From NCBI GenBank assembly GCA_964470105.1, contig CAYXZI010000001.1, forward strand, positions 37,521-101,520: 64,000 bases of DNA. Direction: 5' to 3'. The position numbers were made by a program, and so were the translations under genes. Under the pieces are notes generated by a model, which was not told where the DNA came from, ran no database searches, and saw only the letters and a list, made by a program, of their open reading frames with translations. The DNA is from an uncultured Candidatus Saccharibacteria bacterium. Its GTDB lineage: Bacteria; Patescibacteriota; Minisyncoccia; Phycocordibacterales; PALSA-1337. This document shows, in pieces, positions 11,080 to 20,422 of this stretch (positions are counted from its first letter, which is position 1; each line of letters starts with the position of its first letter).

Positions 11080-12324
11080 ATGGATAAATTTGATGTGGTT
11101 GTAATAGGAGGAGGACCAGCTGGAATGATGGCGGCAGGTACTGCTGCAAAGAGAGGACTCAAAGTTGCTATACTTGAAAAAAACCCTTCTCTTGGTGTTA
11201 AACTTTTAATTACTGGTGGTGGTAGATGTAATGTTACAAATGCTGAATATGATGTGAGAACCTTTCTAAAGAAATATAAGGATAGTGATAAGTTTCTTTT
11301 TTCTGCATTCTCACAAATAAATGTAAAAGATGCTATTGATTTCTTCAATAATCGCGGAATGCAAACAAAAATTGAAGCCGAGAAACGTGTATTCCCAGTA
11401 ACTGACAAAGCTCAATCAGTTTGGGATGTGCTAGTTAATTATATGAAAGAAAATAATGTTGTTATAAAGACTGATTCAGCAGTAGTAGATTTTGAAATCA
11501 GTGACAATAAAGTTACAGGAGTGAAATTGAAGAATGGAAATATAATTACATCAAAATATTTTATTCTTGCAACTGGTGGAACCTCAAGACCAGAGACTGG
11601 CTCAACGGGTGATGGTTTTAACTGGCTAATGAAACTAGGTCATAATATTATTCCTTCAAATGAAGCACTTGTACCTATAGCACTTAAGGGTAACTGGTTT
11701 AAAAAAATATCTGGAGTTACTCTTAGAGACATAAAACTTACCACTTTTCAGAATAATCAAAAACAAGAAATTCATCACGGTAAGCTTCTTTTCACTCATT
11801 TTGGTATAAGTGGTCCTACGGTATTAAATATGAGTAAGGATATTGGAGAGTTATTAAAATACGGTGAGGTTGTCATTAAACTTGATTTACTCCCATCACT
11901 TGATCATGGAATGATGAACACTAAACTACAAGAGCTATTTAAGACTGACGACAAAAAAAAGATTAAGAACTCACTTGGAAACATAATACCATCGGCACTA
12001 GTAGACATAGTTCTTAATCTAACAAAAATAGATATTGAAAAAACATGTAATAGCATTAGTCGAGAAGAGAGACTTAGAATGATTGATATTATAAAAGGAA
12101 TACCTATGGAGGTTGATTACCTACTAGGTAAAGATAAAGCTATTGTATCGTCGGGTGGTGTAGACCTTTCAGAGGTAGATTTTAGAACAATGAAATCTCG
12201 GATAGTTGATAATCTATACCTGATAGGAGACATTCTAAATATCGATCGACCATCTGGGGGTTATAGCCTGCAACTATGTTGGACAACTGGTCTCGTGTCA
12301 GGAAATGCTGTGGGACGCGATTAG
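11080..12324 (+). CDS. HI0933/BaiN-family flavoprotein
   Basis: GGGPAGMMAA, KLLITGGGRCNVTN, LFTHFGISGP, GGYSLQ. Confidence 0.93.
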   Translation: MDKFDVVVIGGGPAGMMAAGTAAKRGLKVAILEKNPSLGVKLLITGGGRCNVTNAEYDVRTFLKKYKDSDKFLFSAFSQINVKDAIDFFNNRGMQTKIEAEKRVFPVTDKAQSVWDVLVNYMKENNVVIKTDSAVVDFEISDNKVTGVKLKNGNIITSKYFILATGGTSRPETGSTGDGFNWLMKLGHNIIPSNEALVPIALKGNWFKKISGVTLRDIKLTTFQNNQKQEIHHGKLLFTHFGISGPTVLNMSKDIGELLKYGEVVIKLDLLPSLDHGMMNTKLQELFKTDDKKKIKNSLGNIIPSALVDIVLNLTKIDIEKTCNSISREERLRMIDIIKGIPMEVDYLLGKDKAIVSSGGVDLSEVDFRTMKSRIVDNLYLIGDILNIDRPSGGYSLQLCWTTGLVSGNAVGRD

Positions 12325-12345
12325 AATATATGTTAATATATATTC

Positions 12346-12756
12346 ATGGAAATAAAGAAAAATAGTGATTTTGTTATTTTAATAATAGACGACGAAACGA
12401 CTATAACTAATACTCTAGCTGCAATATTAATTAAGGATGAATTTAATGTAATATCTGCATCTGATAGTATGATCGGACTGAACAAAGCTCTGGAGGAGAA
12501 ACCCGATCTAATACTATTAGACATATCTATGCCAAAAATGACTGGTATGGAGATGCTAAAAAAATTAAGAGAGAGTGGAGAATATGGAAAAAATGTAAAA
12601 GTTATACTACTAACCTCACTTACTGCTGATGATAAGATAATGAAAGGAATAGTTGAAAGCCAACCTTCTTTCTATTTAACCAAGAGCACATCCACAACAA
12701 AAGAGATAATCTCAAAAATAAAGGAGGCACTAGGAATACAGCCTACACAAATTTAG
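12346..12756 (+). CDS. Single-domain response regulator
   Basis: IIDDE, PDLILLDISMPKMTG, LT, K. Confidence 0.92.
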   Translation: MEIKKNSDFVILIIDDETTITNTLAAILIKDEFNVISASDSMIGLNKALEEKPDLILLDISMPKMTGMEMLKKLRESGEYGKNVKVILLTSLTADDKIMKGIVESQPSFYLTKSTSTTKEIISKIKEALGIQPTQI

Positions 12757-12766
12757 GTATTTAAAT

Positions 12767-14119
12767 ATGCTAAAAAATGAAAATAAAAAAGAGATCTCTG
12801 TTTTGAAACCATATATTTCGATACTGGTAATATTACTTATTGGTCTAGTATCTACATTTTATACAGTTAGATATGCGGGTGATTCAGTTAAAAAATCTTT
12901 AATTGAACACACGGAGCTAATGGCAACAACTCTAGACGTAAACATTATCAACTCCCTTTCTGGAGATGAGAGTGATGAAATTAAAACTGAGTATCTTGAA
13001 CTAAAATCAAAGTTGAAGGGTGTTACAAAGATTAATAGTGATATTAAATTTGTCTATATCACCAGCATGAGGAATGGTGAAGTATATTTCATTGCTGACT
13101 CAGAAAACAGTGATTCTCCTGACTATTCTCCGCCAGGTCAAGTGTATTTTGAAGCTACGGATACCTTTAGAAATGTCTTCGTAAATAAAAAGGGTGCAAT
13201 CGAAGGTCCGACGTCAGATCGTTGGGGATCTTGGATTAGTTCCCTATCACCTATATTAGACCCAAAATCAAATGAAGTTTTATATGTCGTTGGTATAGAT
13301 ATGAACTCTAGAAACTATTACACCACCCTATTCGTATATGGATCTATCCCTGCTTTGATCACCCTTTTGCTTTCAAGCCTAATCCTCTTTTTGTATAGAG
13401 AAAGACGCAAAGAAAAAGATTTACTAGCACTGAGATCTGAATTCGTATCTATAGTCGCACATGACCTTAGAACACCGCTGGTTGGAATAAAATGGTCACT
13501 TGACTATATGATTGAAAACGAAAGTCAAAATCTTAGCCAAAATCAAAAAGAAAGCCTAAAATTAATGCATAACTCTAGTGTTGAACTCCTAAAAACCGCT
13601 AATCAAATTCTTGAGTCTACTGAAATGGAAAGGAAAAATGCTAAATCTCTGATTCTTAAAAAAGTAGATATTGTATCGATGCTAGATGAGATTACGGCAG
13701 TCTTTATAATACCCGCAAAAGAGAAGGATATTGCATTAGTTAGAAGCGGTACACTTCCAAAAGAACTTAATGTGGTCTGTGATCAGGTTAAAATTAAAAG
13801 AGCAATATCTAATATCATATCTAATGCAATTAAGTATTCATCAGCTGGGAAAACAGTCACGATTGGTTATAGATCGACACCAAATACACATATTATAAGT
13901 GTTACTGACCAAGGAATAGGTATAGCGACAAGTGAACATAGTAATATGTTCAAAGAATTCTATAGAACATCTAAAGCGTCACATACATCATACGGTACAG
14001 GCTTAGGTCTCTATTATGTAAAAAAGATTATGGAATTACACAAAGGCCGTGTATGGTTTGAATCGAGTGAGGATACTGGTACCACATTCTTCTTAGAGAT
14101 ACCTAACAACCTAGGTTAA
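12767..14119 (+). CDS. Membrane sensor histidine kinase
   Basis: AHDLRTPL, NAIKYS, DQGIGI, GTGLGL. Confidence 0.95.
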   Translation: MLKNENKKEISVLKPYISILVILLIGLVSTFYTVRYAGDSVKKSLIEHTELMATTLDVNIINSLSGDESDEIKTEYLELKSKLKGVTKINSDIKFVYITSMRNGEVYFIADSENSDSPDYSPPGQVYFEATDTFRNVFVNKKGAIEGPTSDRWGSWISSLSPILDPKSNEVLYVVGIDMNSRNYYTTLFVYGSIPALITLLLSSLILFLYRERRKEKDLLALRSEFVSIVAHDLRTPLVGIKWSLDYMIENESQNLSQNQKESLKLMHNSSVELLKTANQILESTEMERKNAKSLILKKVDIVSMLDEITAVFIIPAKEKDIALVRSGTLPKELNVVCDQVKIKRAISNIISNAIKYSSAGKTVTIGYRSTPNTHIISVTDQGIGIATSEHSNMFKEFYRTSKASHTSYGTGLGLYYVKKIMELHKGRVWFESSEDTGTTFFLEIPNNLG

Positions 14120-14121
14120 TA

Positions 14122-15567
14122 TTACTTCTCTAGATCTAGTATTTCGTCTATCCTAATTTTCTCCACAAACTCTGGAACGTGAGATACCAGTATCATTGCT
14201 CCCTCATACTTATTCAATGCATCTGCGATAAGTGGTATATGACGGAAGTTAATATGATTAGTTGGTTCATCTAGTATTAAAAGTCCTGGACGTTCAAGAA
14301 CAAGTCTGGCAAATGCCACCAGTCCCTTTTGTCCTTCAGACAAGCTACCAACTTTAACATTCATTACATCACTTGTTATAAGAAAACCAGCAGCAACTGA
14401 TCTCATCTCTTCTTCATTCTTTTTTTCTGTGACCTGTATCAGTGAATCATGTACAGTATCTTCGAAATTGAGTGTAGAAAAATCTTGTCTGTAATATCCA
14501 ACACGCACATTCTCTGCAATGACAGATCCTGTACCACCCTCAGCTATAGTCTGAAGAAGTGTACTTTTCCCTATACCATTTGGACCACGCAGTAATAGAT
14601 GAGTATTTCTCTTAAGAGAAATGGATGTCTTTCGATTTGTAGCTTTATGATTATGTATAACCTTATACGAATTAATTTTTAAAATTTCACCAATAATTTC
14701 TGGCTGTGCAGGTATGACAAAAGGTTTAATTGTCTTGTCTTCCCTTCTAACATCAACCATTTCCTCTTCTAAAGCCTCAGCTTTTTCTCTCATTCTTTTA
14801 GCCACGAGTCTCATTTGACCACCTTTATTTGCAAAGAAGCCAGCCTTATCTTTATTTTCTTGTATTTCTTTAGCTAACTGAGCATTCTTCATATTTTCTT
14901 TCTCAATACGTGAAGATATCTGCTTAACTACATCAAAGTAGTTTCCAAAGTATTGCTCAATCTTTTTTGTATATACATCAAGATATAGAACCCCATCGGT
15001 AAATGAATTAAGAAAATCCGCATCATGGGATATTACAATAACTGTTTTACTGTATTTTCTTAGAAAGTCGGTAAGATGTTCAATACCTGCCTTATCGAGG
15101 TTGTTTGTAGGCTCATCAAGAAGTAATAGATCAGGATTTTGTATTATAGCTGAAGCAAGTAGCAAACGTGCTTGCTGTCCTCCCGAAAAGGATCTAATGA
15201 TGCGATCAAAAGGTGCATTAAAATTAACAACTTCCAAAACCTCCTTTATTTTTACATCTATATCATAGATCTTTTTGCTAAAGCTCTTTTCAAAGAACTC
15301 TCGAAGTGTTAGATCTAGATACTCACGAGGAATCACCTGCTTTGCTAAAGCAATTGATACTCCATTAGATATATTAATCTTTCCTGATTCAGGTTTACTG
15401 TATCCAGTAATTAAACCGAATAGAGTGCTTTTTCCAGCACCATTCTGCCCCATCAAAGTCACTTTCATTCCGTTCCTCACAGAGAAACTGACCTCATCTA
15501 GTATGGGTTTATTATGACCAAATTCAAATGAGACTTCGTCGAAGCTAAGAATTATTTCTTTAGACAT
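14122..15567 (-). CDS. ABC-F family ATPase
   Basis: Two ABC domains (GQNGAGKS/FSGGQ/LDEPTNNLD; GPNGIGKS/LSEGQ/LDEPTNH) and no TM. Confidence 0.92.
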   Translation of the reverse strand: MSKEIILSFDEVSFEFGHNKPILDEVSFSVRNGMKVTLMGQNGAGKSTLFGLITGYSKPESGKINISNGVSIALAKQVIPREYLDLTLREFFEKSFSKKIYDIDVKIKEVLEVVNFNAPFDRIIRSFSGGQQARLLLASAIIQNPDLLLLDEPTNNLDKAGIEHLTDFLRKYSKTVIVISHDADFLNSFTDGVLYLDVYTKKIEQYFGNYFDVVKQISSRIEKENMKNAQLAKEIQENKDKAGFFANKGGQMRLVAKRMREKAEALEEEMVDVRREDKTIKPFVIPAQPEIIGEILKINSYKVIHNHKATNRKTSISLKRNTHLLLRGPNGIGKSTLLQTIAEGGTGSVIAENVRVGYYRQDFSTLNFEDTVHDSLIQVTEKKNEEEMRSVAAGFLITSDVMNVKVGSLSEGQKGLVAFARLVLERPGLLILDEPTNHINFRHIPLIADALNKYEGAMILVSHVPEFVEKIRIDEILDLEK

Positions 15568-15570
15568 GCT

Positions 15571-15987
15571 TTAGAGCATATCATGAGTTCTAATTTTATC
15601 AACAGATAGCTTGTCATACCCATTTGCAAAGATTGCTATGGCAGACAGTGTAAGACCAAAGTCTCTAACCCCTATAGCTCCATAACCGACTGTAAATGTA
15701 ATGTCCAAAAGATGTAGAGCAACCAGTAGTGCTACTGGTCTGGTATAGAATCCGACAAGAAGTAGCAGACCAAAGACTATTTCAAACCATGCATTAAGAT
15801 ATATTAAAGCAACCTGACTTATGGGTAAAGACTGAGTCCACTCAGGTAGTACTGATAGCCAAGATAATGGATTTTGCATCTGTTGAAACCCGAACCAAAG
15901 CACAACAAGAGATATACCGATACGCACAATTGCAGGTGCGTATGGAATTAGTGAATTTAACTTTTGGTTAATTGACTGTATATTCAT
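15571..15987 (-). CDS. DoxX family membrane protein
   Basis: RIG..VVLWFG, EIVFGLLLLVGFYTR..A. Confidence 0.85.
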   Translation of the reverse strand: MNIQSINQKLNSLIPYAPAIVRIGISLVVLWFGFQQMQNPLSWLSVLPEWTQSLPISQVALIYLNAWFEIVFGLLLLVGFYTRPVALLVALHLLDITFTVGYGAIGVRDFGLTLSAIAIFANGYDKLSVDKIRTHDML

Positions 15988-15992
15988 ATATT

Positions 15993-16424
15993 TTATTTAA
16001 GTACTCCAATCTCAAACGCCGCAAGCTCATTAGCAGGTCTTTTTTGTTGCCCATGTACACCATTATACGCAGTACTTCCGTCTATACCGCATAGAGAAAT
16101 TATGGCACTAGATCCACCTGGATGTTTCGATATCCAAGATGTTAAGTTATACACCTTACCATTTATAGCTGACCAGCAGTCTGTTGAGTTATTATGTTTA
16201 GATACCTCAGCTAAAGGAAATGGTGGCGTTACCGCACTCTGTGTAGGTGGCTGTGTACTTACTGGATTATCTTTTATCACAGGCTTATTTACAGGAGCAC
16301 TAACAACCGGAACAGTTACAGGAGTTTTATCAGCACTATTTTTTGGATTACGTACAACTATAACAATGGCACCAATAACAAATACTACAGCAACGAGTGC
16401 AATTATAATTTTGCTATTCTTCAT
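15993..16424 (-). CDS. Anchored cytochrome b5-like heme/steroid-binding protein
   Basis: EVSKHN..DCW..I.GKVYNLT.W...HPGG. Confidence 0.9.
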   Translation of the reverse strand: MKNSKIIIALVAVVFVIGAIVIVVRNPKNSADKTPVTVPVVSAPVNKPVIKDNPVSTQPPTQSAVTPPFPLAEVSKHNNSTDCWSAINGKVYNLTSWISKHPGGSSAIISLCGIDGSTAYNGVHGQQKRPANELAAFEIGVLK

Positions 16425-16450
16425 TTATTTGTTTTGTTAAACTAATAAAA

Positions 16451-16708
16451 CTAAGATAGATGCTTTGAAACAAGCTTTGTCATTTCAAACATATTTACCA
16501 TATCTTTTCCACCAAAAACCTTCTTAAGAGTAGCATCAGCATTTATATTTCTCTTATTCTTTGGATCCTGAAGATTCTTATCCTTGATATATACCCAAAG
16601 CTTCTTAACGACCTCAGAACGAGGCATAGGTCCCTTTCCGACAACTGCTGCTAGGTCAGCACTGACTGTCATCGGTTTCATAAATGCAGAATTTGTTTTT
16701 GTTGCCAT
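16451..16708 (-). CDS. Stand-alone SWIB/MDM2 domain protein
   Basis: LAAVVG..PMPRSEVVKKLWVYIK..NLQDP.NKR.I.AD. Confidence 0.93.
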   Translation of the reverse strand: MATKTNSAFMKPMTVSADLAAVVGKGPMPRSEVVKKLWVYIKDKNLQDPKNKRNINADATLKKVFGGKDMVNMFEMTKLVSKHLS

Positions 16709-16787
16709 ATATTTTTCTCCAAATGGAGTGTTTAATTGATTATTTAATAACGTCGGTATTATAGCACAGCATAATGCAGATACACCA

Positions 16788-17234
16788 CTACATATTAAAA
16801 CTCACCTTATCGTCAACATCTAGGTAGTCAAACAAAGTAGTCTTCATAGGATCAAGATTTAGTCTCTTACATTCACCGATAAACCAATCTTTCTTGTTAG
16901 GATCTGTTGAGTATGAGTAATCTGTCTTAAATGCATCTGACCATGCCTTAATCTCAGCATCGGTCTTTTTAATACCACTATTCTTTACCCAATTAGCAAT
17001 TTCTTCATCAGTATGATTCTCTAAAACATAATTTTTAAAGTCATCTCCCTTTATACCCATAAACTTAAAGAGTGTATTATCAAGTGGACAATCAAAATGA
17101 TATTCTCCATTCATACCATTAATATATGCTCTGCACTTATCAATTGTTCTGGCGATAATTGCTAATCCCCCTATCCTTTCATACGCACTTCTTGGTGCTT
17201 GCTTCGTAAGATCTTTTGAAATTATTTTACTCAT
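16788..17234 (-). CDS. DUF5069-like protein
   Basis: PRS..E.IGG...IARTIDKCRA...G..GEYHFDCPLD. Confidence 0.8.
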   Translation of the reverse strand: MSKIISKDLTKQAPRSAYERIGGLAIIARTIDKCRAYINGMNGEYHFDCPLDNTLFKFMGIKGDDFKNYVLENHTDEEIANWVKNSGIKKTDAEIKAWSDAFKTDYSYSTDPNKKDWFIGECKRLNLDPMKTTLFDYLDVDDKVSFNM

Positions 17235-17271
17235 ATTTATTTTTTAATGATTAATGTAGTAATTATAGTCT

Positions 17272-17294
17272 AATACTTTACTTTGTAAAGTATT
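17272..17294. promoter_or_regulatory. Perfect inverted repeat, candidate HxlR-family operator
   Basis: AATACTTTAC-ttt-GTAAAGTATT between the divergent DUF5069 and HxlR genes. Confidence 0.65.
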
Positions 17295-17320
17295 TACATA
17301 TGTGTTAGAATGTGGTTAAT

Positions 17321-17650
17321 ATGCTAAGAACAAAGAAGCAAATCTCTGGTATATGCAGTGAGTGCCCACTTGCTAAAACAGCCAATATTATTGGTGATAC
17401 TTTTACCCTACTAATTGTGAGGGATCTTTTGGTTAAACCTAAAAGGTTTAGTGAGATTGAAAAATCACTGGTTGGTGTTAGCTCTAGGACAATAACTAAT
17501 AAGCTTATATTTTTGGAAAAGCAGGATATAATTACCAGACATAAATTTTCTGAAAAACCTCCTAGAGTAGAATATACTTTGACAAAAAAGGGTGTGGCAC
17601 TAGGTAAAATTATTGATACCATGAGAAGCTATGGTAATAAGTATCTCTAA
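17321..17650 (+). CDS. HxlR/MarR-type winged-helix regulator
   Basis: CPLA.TA.IIGD..TLLIVRDL, RFSEI, PPRVEY.LT.KG. Confidence 0.92.
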   Translation: MLRTKKQISGICSECPLAKTANIIGDTFTLLIVRDLLVKPKRFSEIEKSLVGVSSRTITNKLIFLEKQDIITRHKFSEKPPRVEYTLTKKGVALGKIIDTMRSYGNKYL

Positions 17651-18156
17651 GGATCGCCATAACAACCAGGACTATACCATATAGTTGGTGTGCCATTAAA
17701 TGGACCGAGTGAAGTTCTTCCACTGTCACCAATACAGAAGAATGTATTACCTGTTGAAGGCATGACAACCATTAGAGAATATGATTGTGCCCCGCCAGTA
17801 ACTGGTGCTCCCACAAATAAGCGATTACCACTAGATCCAAGTTTATTTTTTATACTATTACACAATTCTGTTATTTTGGAACTATAGTTACCGGCAAAAG
17901 CAGTTGCTGGTGTACATGGCACAGTATCACTAATAATCCATCCTCTCTGTAGATTTGTATAGCTTGAACTGTCAGAGTACTCAAGCGCCATCAATGTTGA
18001 GATTTGTCTTAACTCATACATTACAGCAGAATCTTTTGCTTTCCCTCTAGCAGAAGAGAGGGCAGCAAGTACAACTGAACTCAGTAAACCAACTATAGAT
18101 ATCACCACCATTAATTCAATGAGTGTAAAACCTTTTTGACCAGAATTCATATACAC
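17647..18156 (-). CDS. Type IV pilin-like protein
   Basis: KGFTLIELMVVISIVGLL prepilin cleavage motif. Confidence 0.92.
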   Translation of the reverse strand: MYMNSGQKGFTLIELMVVISIVGLLSSVVLAALSSARGKAKDSAVMYELRQISTLMALEYSDSSSYTNLQRGWIISDTVPCTPATAFAGNYSSKITELCNSIKNKLGSSGNRLFVGAPVTGGAQSYSLMVVMPSTGNTFFCIGDSGRTSLGPFNGTPTIWYSPGCYGDP

Positions 18157-18192
18157 ATATTATAACCTCAAAATATAATTCCACAATACAAA

Positions 18193-18750
18193 CTATTCAT
18201 ATCTATCGAAATTAAAATATCTCAATTTACCAACAGGTATGTTGTAGATATTTTCAATAACCCATCTAGCGTTATGGAAGTCAGCATTCTTCCAATCCAA
18301 ATCGATAGATTTTGCCGCATCCTTCAACACTTGTTCTGAATCACCCTCTATCTCAATATATGTTGGTATCTTTGGCCAAGTGTCTATATCAAAAGTAGCT
18401 CCGTTGAGTTTTAGTGTATGTCTCTTCTTTTGTTGATGCCTGTAAGGTAGTAGACCGATCTTTTCAAACATTAATTCAGCTTTTTCCAAATCATCTATTT
18501 TAAACTCAATCTCATATGTACCATCAACAGTGTGTTCTCTATGTTCTTTATATGTGAGTTTTGTGGTATTCCCAAACCTTCTAAGACGTACGAATCTCTG
18601 TTCATCTCTCCATTTTAAATCTTTATCATATATAATTGTTTCCTCAAGCATTACTTCACCTTCATCGATAGCCCCAAGACTTAGAAGTTTCTTTACAATC
18701 TTCTCCTTATCTATCTCTAGGAATCTACACTCTATTTCCTGATTTGTCAT
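18193..18750 (-). CDS. CYTH domain (class IV adenylate cyclase-like) protein
   Basis: EIECRF, RLR, LTYK, K.R, DID, EIEG. Confidence 0.88.
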   Translation of the reverse strand: MTNQEIECRFLEIDKEKIVKKLLSLGAIDEGEVMLEETIIYDKDLKWRDEQRFVRLRRFGNTTKLTYKEHREHTVDGTYEIEFKIDDLEKAELMFEKIGLLPYRHQQKKRHTLKLNGATFDIDTWPKIPTYIEIEGDSEQVLKDAAKSIDLDWKNADFHNARWVIENIYNIPVGKLRYFNFDRYE

Positions 18751-18770
18751 TTACATATATTATCATGTAT

Positions 18771-19601
18771 CTATTTAAATAGCTTAGAGAAGTCCTCATG
18801 CTTCATTTCGTAGTTAAATCCTGGTACTTTTTCCTGAAGTCTTCCATTTCTATCCTTATCATACTTCAAAGTATTCTTTAGCTGAACAAAGCACACAGCT
18901 GAATATCTACCGACGATAGCTGTCTCCGTATTAGCTATGACTCTATGACATAAAGCTTTTAACTCTCCCTTTGATCTCAATTGCATTTGCATAGCTGGAA
19001 TTATGACAGTCTCACCTTCTGATACCGGCATATCTATCCATTTCCCATTATATGTTAAACATTGTAGACCAGGTGCACTTTCAAACAGGTGTAGAGTGAA
19101 TCCACTTTGATCACAATGAGATACAGCTGTCTCTTCATCTGTCTGTCTATCTCCGAAATAGTGAATGAAGCGGACAAAATAGTTTACTTCACTCTGATCT
19201 ACCTCGCCTGTAAAACCTTTGAGATCAAACTCATTTTCACATTCACGAGCAAAATCAAGTATGAGGGGTTTAATTAAACCCACAAGATTGGTTGAATTCT
19301 TAATGAAGTCTAGAACAATTGGGTTATCTATATTCCTACTGTTTTTCTTTAACCATTCTTGACCAATAGTTGTTACATCAAAATTTTCCTTCCTGTCTGC
19401 TCTATTCCCCACTCCTTCTTTAAACTCATAACCCACTCCATCGGCATTGTTGCTATATGGCAAACCTTTTTTAATATCTATTGATAGATTGCAGAATGTT
19501 TTCCAAGATTCTACTGTCTTGTTGACCTCCCTTCTTAATTCTTTCGGATATGAAAGAGATACAAAACCCTTTGTTTTTAATTCTTTTATATTTGTTTTCA
19601 T
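18771..19601 (-). CDS. 2OG-Fe(II) oxygenase (IPNS-like)
   Basis: HCD..GFTL, PGLQ, HRV, RYS. Confidence 0.85.
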   Translation of the reverse strand: MKTNIKELKTKGFVSLSYPKELRREVNKTVESWKTFCNLSIDIKKGLPYSNNADGVGYEFKEGVGNRADRKENFDVTTIGQEWLKKNSRNIDNPIVLDFIKNSTNLVGLIKPLILDFARECENEFDLKGFTGEVDQSEVNYFVRFIHYFGDRQTDEETAVSHCDQSGFTLHLFESAPGLQCLTYNGKWIDMPVSEGETVIIPAMQMQLRSKGELKALCHRVIANTETAIVGRYSAVCFVQLKNTLKYDKDRNGRLQEKVPGFNYEMKHEDFSKLFK

Positions 19602-19657
19602 AAACTCAGCATACCACCATGATATATACTAAGAAGAGAGGATCTCTTCGGTAAGTG

Positions 19658-20365
19658 TTAATTATCAGATTGAATATTCTCATCAAAGAAAAATGGTAGT
19701 TTTTGTATTCTTCCACTCTTAATTGCCTTCAAAACCTTTACAATACTCTTTATGGAATCATATTCTGTTGATTCGTTTTTAATTGCCTGACTGATTGGCA
19801 CCCACATATTATGTCCGAAATCTGAATCAACAAGCAGATCACCTGAATATGAATTAGCATATGTAATTGGAAACAGAACATCAGAAAATATGTCCCCATT
19901 CATATACATCACTCTTCTTTCACAACCTATAAACTTTAGTTTTGCCTTTAAACCTGTTTCCTCTTCTAGTTTTCTCTTTGCAGCCAATTCAATTAATTCT
20001 CCTTTTTGAACAACACCTCCCATTACCCCAACTTTCCCATATGAAGGATTGGATTTTCTGATCTGATTAAGAATTTCTATCTTTCCATTAACTACTCTGG
20101 ATACAATAGTTATGACATTTACCTTAAACAGACTAGTTATTGGATTTGATATATATGGATCTGCTACATGTTTAATACCGATAACTGAAAGAGTGTACCC
20201 ATCTTCAAACTTATCAACTACTCCTTTCTTAACTAAGTGCTGTAGATGATAGTTAAAGAGATCATTAGCAACACCTCTTGGATGTAGCTCGCTATACTTC
20301 AAAATCTTAGCATTCTTGAGTCTTGAAAGAATGTGATTCTGTATTGGTGAAAGATTCTTTAACAT
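19658..20365 (-). CDS. Winged-helix plus NUDIX domain protein
   Basis: N-terminal FNYHLQHLVKKG HTH; GG.V..GE....AAKRKLEEETGL Nudix box. Confidence 0.85.
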   Translation of the reverse strand: MLKNLSPIQNHILSRLKNAKILKYSELHPRGVANDLFNYHLQHLVKKGVVDKFEDGYTLSVIGIKHVADPYISNPITSLFKVNVITIVSRVVNGKIEILNQIRKSNPSYGKVGVMGGVVQKGELIELAAKRKLEEETGLKAKLKFIGCERRVMYMNGDIFSDVLFPITYANSYSGDLLVDSDFGHNMWVPISQAIKNESTEYDSIKSIVKVLKAIKSGRIQKLPFFFDENIQSDN

Positions 20366-20422
20366 AACGTTAGATTAAGTCTGCGTATGCAAAAAGTCAA
20401 TTAACTATGATATATTAGAAAT

